Positions 59,914-64,000 of a DNA stretch of 64,000 bases are shown piece by piece. This DNA is from Deferribacterales bacterium (lineage in GTDB: Bacteria > Chrysiogenota > Deferribacteres > Deferribacterales > Geovibrionaceae), in the NCBI GenBank assembly GCA_050253075.1, contig JBFWJS010000004.1, positions 64,001 to 128,000 on the forward strand. Direction: 5' to 3'. Both the position numbers and the translations under genes were made by a program. The notes beneath the pieces were generated by a model, which was not told the origin of the DNA, searched no databases, and saw nothing but the letters and a program-made list of their open reading frames with translations. Numbering within the stretch: the first letter of the stretch is position 1; every line of letters starts with the position of its first letter.

Positions 59914-61203
59914 ATGAGCTGTACTGTTGTACTGGGCGCCCAATGGGGCGATGAAGGAAAAGGAAAGGTCGTAGACCTCAGCACTGTCGATGCAGACGTT
60001 ATCGTACGTACATCCGGCGGTCACAACGCAGGGCACACTGTAGTAGTAGGGGATACAAAATATATCCTCCACCTTATCCCTTCCGGTATCATCCACAAAG
60101 GAAAAATAAATATCATCGGTAACGGCGTTGTCGTTGCTCCTGATGCCCTCATCGAAGAGATGGAAGGGCTGAAAAAGCAGGGAGTGGTCTTCGAGGAAGG
60201 CTGTTTCTACATCAGCAAACGCGCACACGTCATCATGCCTTACCATAAGACAATAGACGTACTCAGAGAAGAACTTAAAGGTAAAAAGAAGATCGGTACG
60301 ACAGGACGCGGTATCGGGCCTACATACGCTGATAAAGCTGCGAGAAGCGGTATCAGAATATGCGACCTCTACGAGCCTGAAGTTTTCCGTGAGAAGCTCG
60401 AAGCAAACGTGCGTGAAGTGAACTACCTTATGGAGCACCTTTACAAACACGACGCCATCGACGCAGAGAAAATATACGAGCAGTACATGCAGTACGCAGA
60501 GATCATAAAACCTTACGTAACAGAAACTGCGTTCCTTGTGAACAAACTGTACGACGAAGGTAAGAAAATTATGATGGAGGGCGCTCAGGGTGTTCTCCTC
60601 GACGTAGATTTCGGTACATTCCCTTACGTTACATCCAGCAACTCTTCCGCAGGCGGAGCTTGTACCGGTTCCGGTCTCTCCCCTAGAAAGATAGATAACG
60701 TTATGGGTGTTATGAAGGCTTATACAACACGTGTGGGCAGCGGTCCTTTCCCTACTGAGCTCCTCGGCCAGACAGGCGAACAGCTCCGTGAGGCAGGCGG
60801 CGAATACGGCGCCACAACAGGACGCCCCAGAAGATGCGGCTGGCTCGACCTTGTAGCCATGAAATTTGCCGTTGTCATCAACGGTATAAACCACATCGCC
60901 CTTACAAAGCTCGACGTACTCTCCGGCATGGAGAAGGTGAAAGTTTGTACAGGATACAAGTATAAAGGCAAGATACTCGATCAGTTCCCTGCTGAGATCA
61001 ATGCCCTTGAGGAGTGCGAACCGGTTTACACTGAACTCGACGGATGGAGCGAAGACATTACAGGTGCAAAATCTTATGAAGACCTCCCTGTAAATGCCAG
61101 AAAATACTGCCAGTATGTCAGCGATTTCCTCGGCGTAAACTACTGTCTGATAAGCATTGGTACTAAAAGAGACCAGACTATAAAATTAAATGAAATTTTT
61201 TGA
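59914..61203 (+). CDS. purA: Adenylosuccinate synthetase
   Basis: GAQWGDEGKGK, GGHNAGHT, IGTTGRGIGP, EGAQG, GATTGRPRRCGW, TKLDVL. Confidence 0.98.
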   Translation: MSCTVVLGAQWGDEGKGKVVDLSTVDADVIVRTSGGHNAGHTVVVGDTKYILHLIPSGIIHKGKINIIGNGVVVAPDALIEEMEGLKKQGVVFEEGCFYISKRAHVIMPYHKTIDVLREELKGKKKIGTTGRGIGPTYADKAARSGIRICDLYEPEVFREKLEANVREVNYLMEHLYKHDAIDAEKIYEQYMQYAEIIKPYVTETAFLVNKLYDEGKKIMMEGAQGVLLDVDFGTFPYVTSSNSSAGGACTGSGLSPRKIDNVMGVMKAYTTRVGSGPFPTELLGQTGEQLREAGGEYGATTGRPRRCGWLDLVAMKFAVVINGINHIALTKLDVLSGMEKVKVCTGYKYKGKILDQFPAEINALEECEPVYTELDGWSEDITGAKSYEDLPVNARKYCQYVSDFLGVNYCLISIGTKRDQTIKLNEIF

Positions 61204-61213
61204 CAAAAACTTG

Positions 61214-61242
61214 TTGACATAGGCAAGTTGCTTTGATATAAC
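61214..61242 (+). promoter_or_regulatory. Sigma70 promoter of tRNA operon
   Basis: TTGACA-17 nt-TATAAC with a TGn extension. Confidence 0.7.
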
Positions 61243-61284
61243 CTACATCTCGCTAGGGAAACAAGCTTTCCCAAAACGAGATAA

Positions 61285-61357
<73 letters not shown>

Positions 61358-61368
61358 CTTTTTTATCC

Positions 61369-61443
61369 GTCCCCATCGTCTAGCCTGGCCTAGGACATCG
61401 CCCTTTCGAGGCGACGACTGGGGTTCGAATCCCCATGGGGACG
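61369..61443 (+). tRNA. tRNA-Glu(TTC), CCA not encoded
   Basis: GTCCCCA/TGGGGAC acceptor, TCGCC-CTTTCGA-GGCGA anticodon arm. Confidence 0.96.
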
Positions 61444-61481
61444 CTTTCTTTTCTTTAAAGGAAAGATTGCTTCACATGACA

Positions 61482-61583
61482 AGCATCAGGATGATGCTCA
61501 CGGAGCGAAAGCAAAGTGCAGCGAAGTACTGAACTTGTTCTGGACGGAGCGGGTATAAAAATTTCTACGACAGAAATTTTTAT
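61482..61583 (+). other. GGA-loop hairpin element 3 in tRNA spacer
   Basis: agcatc-AGGAt-gatgct, ctcACGGAgcg, cTGGAcGGAg, ataaaaatttct-acgac-agaaatttttat. Confidence 0.6.
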
Positions 61584-61594
61584 TACTACCAATC

Positions 61595-61667
61595 GGGTGG
61601 TTAGCTCAGCTGGGAGAGCATCGGCCTTACAAGCCGAGGGTCACAGGTTCGATCCCTGTACCACCCA
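61595..61667 (+). tRNA. tRNA-Val(TAC), CCA not encoded
   Basis: GGGTGGT/ACCACCC acceptor, TCGGC-CTTACAA-GCCGA anticodon arm. Confidence 0.96.
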
Positions 61668-61686
61668 TTTAAAAGATTTCTAACCT

Positions 61687-61760
<74 letters not shown>

Positions 61761-61765
61761 TTAAC

Positions 61766-61802
61766 AAAAAAGCCTGATACGAAAGTGTCAGGCTTTTTTT
61801 TT
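61766..61802 (+). terminator. Intrinsic terminator of tRNA operon
   Basis: agcctgatac-gaaa-gtgtcaggct followed by a long T run. Confidence 0.9.
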
Positions 61803-61981
61803 GCGTTATAGATTCGCCCTAACCACAGTGCTCCTTTTCTCCACCTTCCCCAATTATGTATAAAATGTGAAAAATAACCATAGCTCATAACCGCATCTCC
61901 TTGACGGTCTGATAAACTGGGATATTCTTGTATAGTTATTATTATTTAAGTCTCATCCAAAGACTTTTCAGGAGAACCCTT

Positions 61982-62812
61982 ATGAAAAAGATCCTAGTCA
62001 TTCTCATGCTCACCCTATTGGTGTCGTCTGCGTATGCGGCATCTAATCCGTGGGATCAGAAGCTCCCTTTCAAAAACGCAACGATCAGCTATAAGCTGAA
62101 CGGCTCCTTCAAAGGAACAAGCACCCTGTACATTAAAGACCACGGCCAGACCAGAGCCGAATACGTCGATTCCGAGATGAAGATACTCGGCATATCAAAC
62201 AAGAGGAAAGAGATAACCATCACAACACCAGACTGGGTATATGTGTATAACGAAAAGGACGGTGTGATAAACAAGCAGACCAACCCTGTGAAGTATATGA
62301 AGGAAGAGTATGAAAAACTCTCTGCATCAGACAAAAAGAAGCTTGTGAAAAACATGGAAGAAACAGGAATATCCACCGTCGAAAGCCTGAACGGCACAGT
62401 CGAAAAAGGCGCAGCGGAGATAATGGGATATAAATGCGACAAGGTCACAATGGCTGGGATAACCACATACACCATGACAGGCACAGACATCGTGCTGAAG
62501 ACCGAAGGCGGTCTCATGGGAATGAAGGAAAACACTGAGGCCGTAAGCATAGACAAAGGCAAACCTGCAAATGATAAGTTTGAACTGCCGAGCGGTGTCG
62601 AGATAGTCTATTCCGCAGAAGCCGATGCCATATCAAAAGAGCATGCCAGATCAGCCGTGCAGATGCTACTTGAGAGTGAAGGCAAGCCCATGATGAGCAT
62701 AAGCAACAGCGAAGCACACGAACAGGCCGCTGAGGAAGACGGAGGATTCGACATGGACGAACAGAAAGAAAAGCTGAAAAGCATGATGAAGATGTTCGGC
62801 GGTCAGCAGTAA
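61982..62812 (+). CDS. Secreted hypothetical protein (DUF4412-like)
   Basis: AGGAG RBS, Sec signal peptide ending AYA-A, G.AEIMGYKC and FELPSG motifs. Confidence 0.75.
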   Translation: MKKILVILMLTLLVSSAYAASNPWDQKLPFKNATISYKLNGSFKGTSTLYIKDHGQTRAEYVDSEMKILGISNKRKEITITTPDWVYVYNEKDGVINKQTNPVKYMKEEYEKLSASDKKKLVKNMEETGISTVESLNGTVEKGAAEIMGYKCDKVTMAGITTYTMTGTDIVLKTEGGLMGMKENTEAVSIDKGKPANDKFELPSGVEIVYSAEADAISKEHARSAVQMLLESEGKPMMSISNSEAHEQAAEEDGGFDMDEQKEKLKSMMKMFGGQQ

Positions 62813-62823
62813 ACATATCTGAT

Positions 62824-62867
62824 AAAAAAATCCCCGATGCCTGCAAAGACACCGGGGATCTCATTTT
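62824..62867. terminator. Terminator between convergent genes
   Basis: aaaaaaa-tccccg...cggggat-ctcatttt. Confidence 0.55.
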
Positions 62868-62881
62868 ATAGCGTATATCGC

Positions 62882-64000
62882 TTATTCTGCATCGTTATTG
62901 ATCATTACTCCGTCTGTCTGGAGAGCCGTCATGAAGGAGCTTCCCATTATCTTAAGCAGAGAGCTCGGCAGATCAACACTGGTATACCATATGAGCATAT
63001 AGTCTTCCTCTTCAAAATTAAGCCCTAAGTTAGGATAATTAGGTTCGAAGAAATCTGCTGCAAGCCCTGTGTCTATGGTCTGCACCATATCCATATCAGT
63101 ATATGCCACCATTATCTTACCGTCGAATCTGCGTATGTCGCCTCTAGGGCTTGCGTAAACTGTCTCGCCCGACAGATCCATCGGCACCACTGTACTGGTG
63201 TAGTACAGTTTGTTGCCCACTGAGCCAAACATCTCAATAGCCGAGCCGGATTCGCCAGGTGCGCCGTCTACCACCATATGTGTTCCGCTTTCGGTACCGT
63301 CTGTGATCCAAAGCTCCTCGCCGGCCTCTTCTGTGGCGGCAGTGAAGAAGACCTTGCCGTCCACTGATCTGAAGTCGTCAGGATAGCTGGAGACCACTCT
63401 GTCTGAGTCGTCTGCGATATTCTTCAGCATGACAGTGCCTGCTAATGTACCGTTTGATACCCAGAGCTCGCTTCCTGCATCGTCTGAGACTAAGTTAAAT
63501 ATGAGCTTATCCTCTGTACCTGCAAAGCCTCTGATAGAAGCCGCTTCTGTGAATTCCATCTCTTTTATCAAAAGAGTGCCGTCTGCTGTTCCGTCTGTGA
63601 CATACAGCCTGGATATGCCCATGAAGTCAATAAGCATGAAGTAAAGATCGGAACCGACCTTTGTCAAATAGCTAGGCTCGACAAAGCGGTTATCGTCGCT
63701 GTTGCGCAGAGCATGTGTGCCTGCGGCTGTACCGTCACTAACATAGAGATATGCAGTGCCTGTATCATCGGCGATGAAGTATATCAAGTCGTCCACAACC
63801 ATAACGTTATATATGTATTCAGACGTCAGGAGCTCCTCTGTGCCTTCTGATGTGCCGTCTGTAATGATAAGTGCGTTAGATACGTTGTAATTCCCCTTAA
63901 TGAGGACAGAGTCGCCGAAAGCCACTATACCGTTGTCACGTGTAACAGGAATTTCCAGAGATTTGGTACCTGCGGCGGTGCCGTCTGTCACCCAATAACT
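62882..64000 (-). CDS. ELWxxDGT-repeat beta-propeller protein (5' end beyond window)
   Basis: Repeated (L)W/YxTDGTxxGT units (e.g. ELWVSNGT, ELWITDGT); the frame is open to the window end. Confidence 0.88.
   Translation of the reverse strand, partial: SYWVTDGTAAGTKSLEIPVTRDNGIVAFGDSVLIKGNYNVSNALIITDGTSEGTEELLTSEYIYNVMVVDDLIYFIADDTGTAYLYVSDGTAAGTHALRNSDDNRFVEPSYLTKVGSDLYFMLIDFMGISRLYVTDGTADGTLLIKEMEFTEAASIRGFAGTEDKLIFNLVSDDAGSELWVSNGTLAGTVMLKNIADDSDRVVSSYPDDFRSVDGKVFFTAATEEAGEELWITDGTESGTHMVVDGAPGESGSAIEMFGSVGNKLYYTSTVVPMDLSGETVYASPRGDIRRFDGKIMVAYTDMDMVQTIDTGLAADFFEPNYPNLGLNFEEEDYMLIWYTSVDLPSSLLKIMGSSFMTALQTDGVMINNDAE

Noticed and set aside
59896..60894. 332-aa ORF on the - strand
   Set aside because: Antisense shadow of highly codon-biased purA

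Overview
Gene-dense, mostly housekeeping chromosomal window from a Gram-negative, probably anaerobic bacterium (bamD, kdsA/kdsD, TolC-RND, hypAB, 2[4Fe-4S] ferredoxin, two-subunit Fe-S fumarase). Gene order and content suggest a Deferribacterales (Denitrovibrio-like) organism, which is an inference. About 55 CDSs are supportable. Two of them are missing from the ORF track: a lipoprotein with two tandem alkaline-phosphatase domains that runs off the left edge, and a 55-aa ferredoxin. There is a four-tRNA cluster (Lys, Glu, Val, Asp). No transposase, integrase, prophage or CRISPR array was seen. The most unusual signals are non-coding. (i) Three intergenic elements are built from serial GGA-loop hairpins resembling CsrA/RsmA sites. 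One is flanked by a 36-38 bp duplication of the fumC RBS plus first 8 codons, and one lies inside the tRNA operon. (ii) About 12 dispersed GTCATT...AATGAC REP-like palindromes are present. (iii) All four tRNA genes lack CCA, the tRNA nucleotidyltransferase lacks the flexible loop (CC-adding signature), and tRNA-Asp and tRNA-Glu carry G37. All calls come from reading the sequence; no database search was run.
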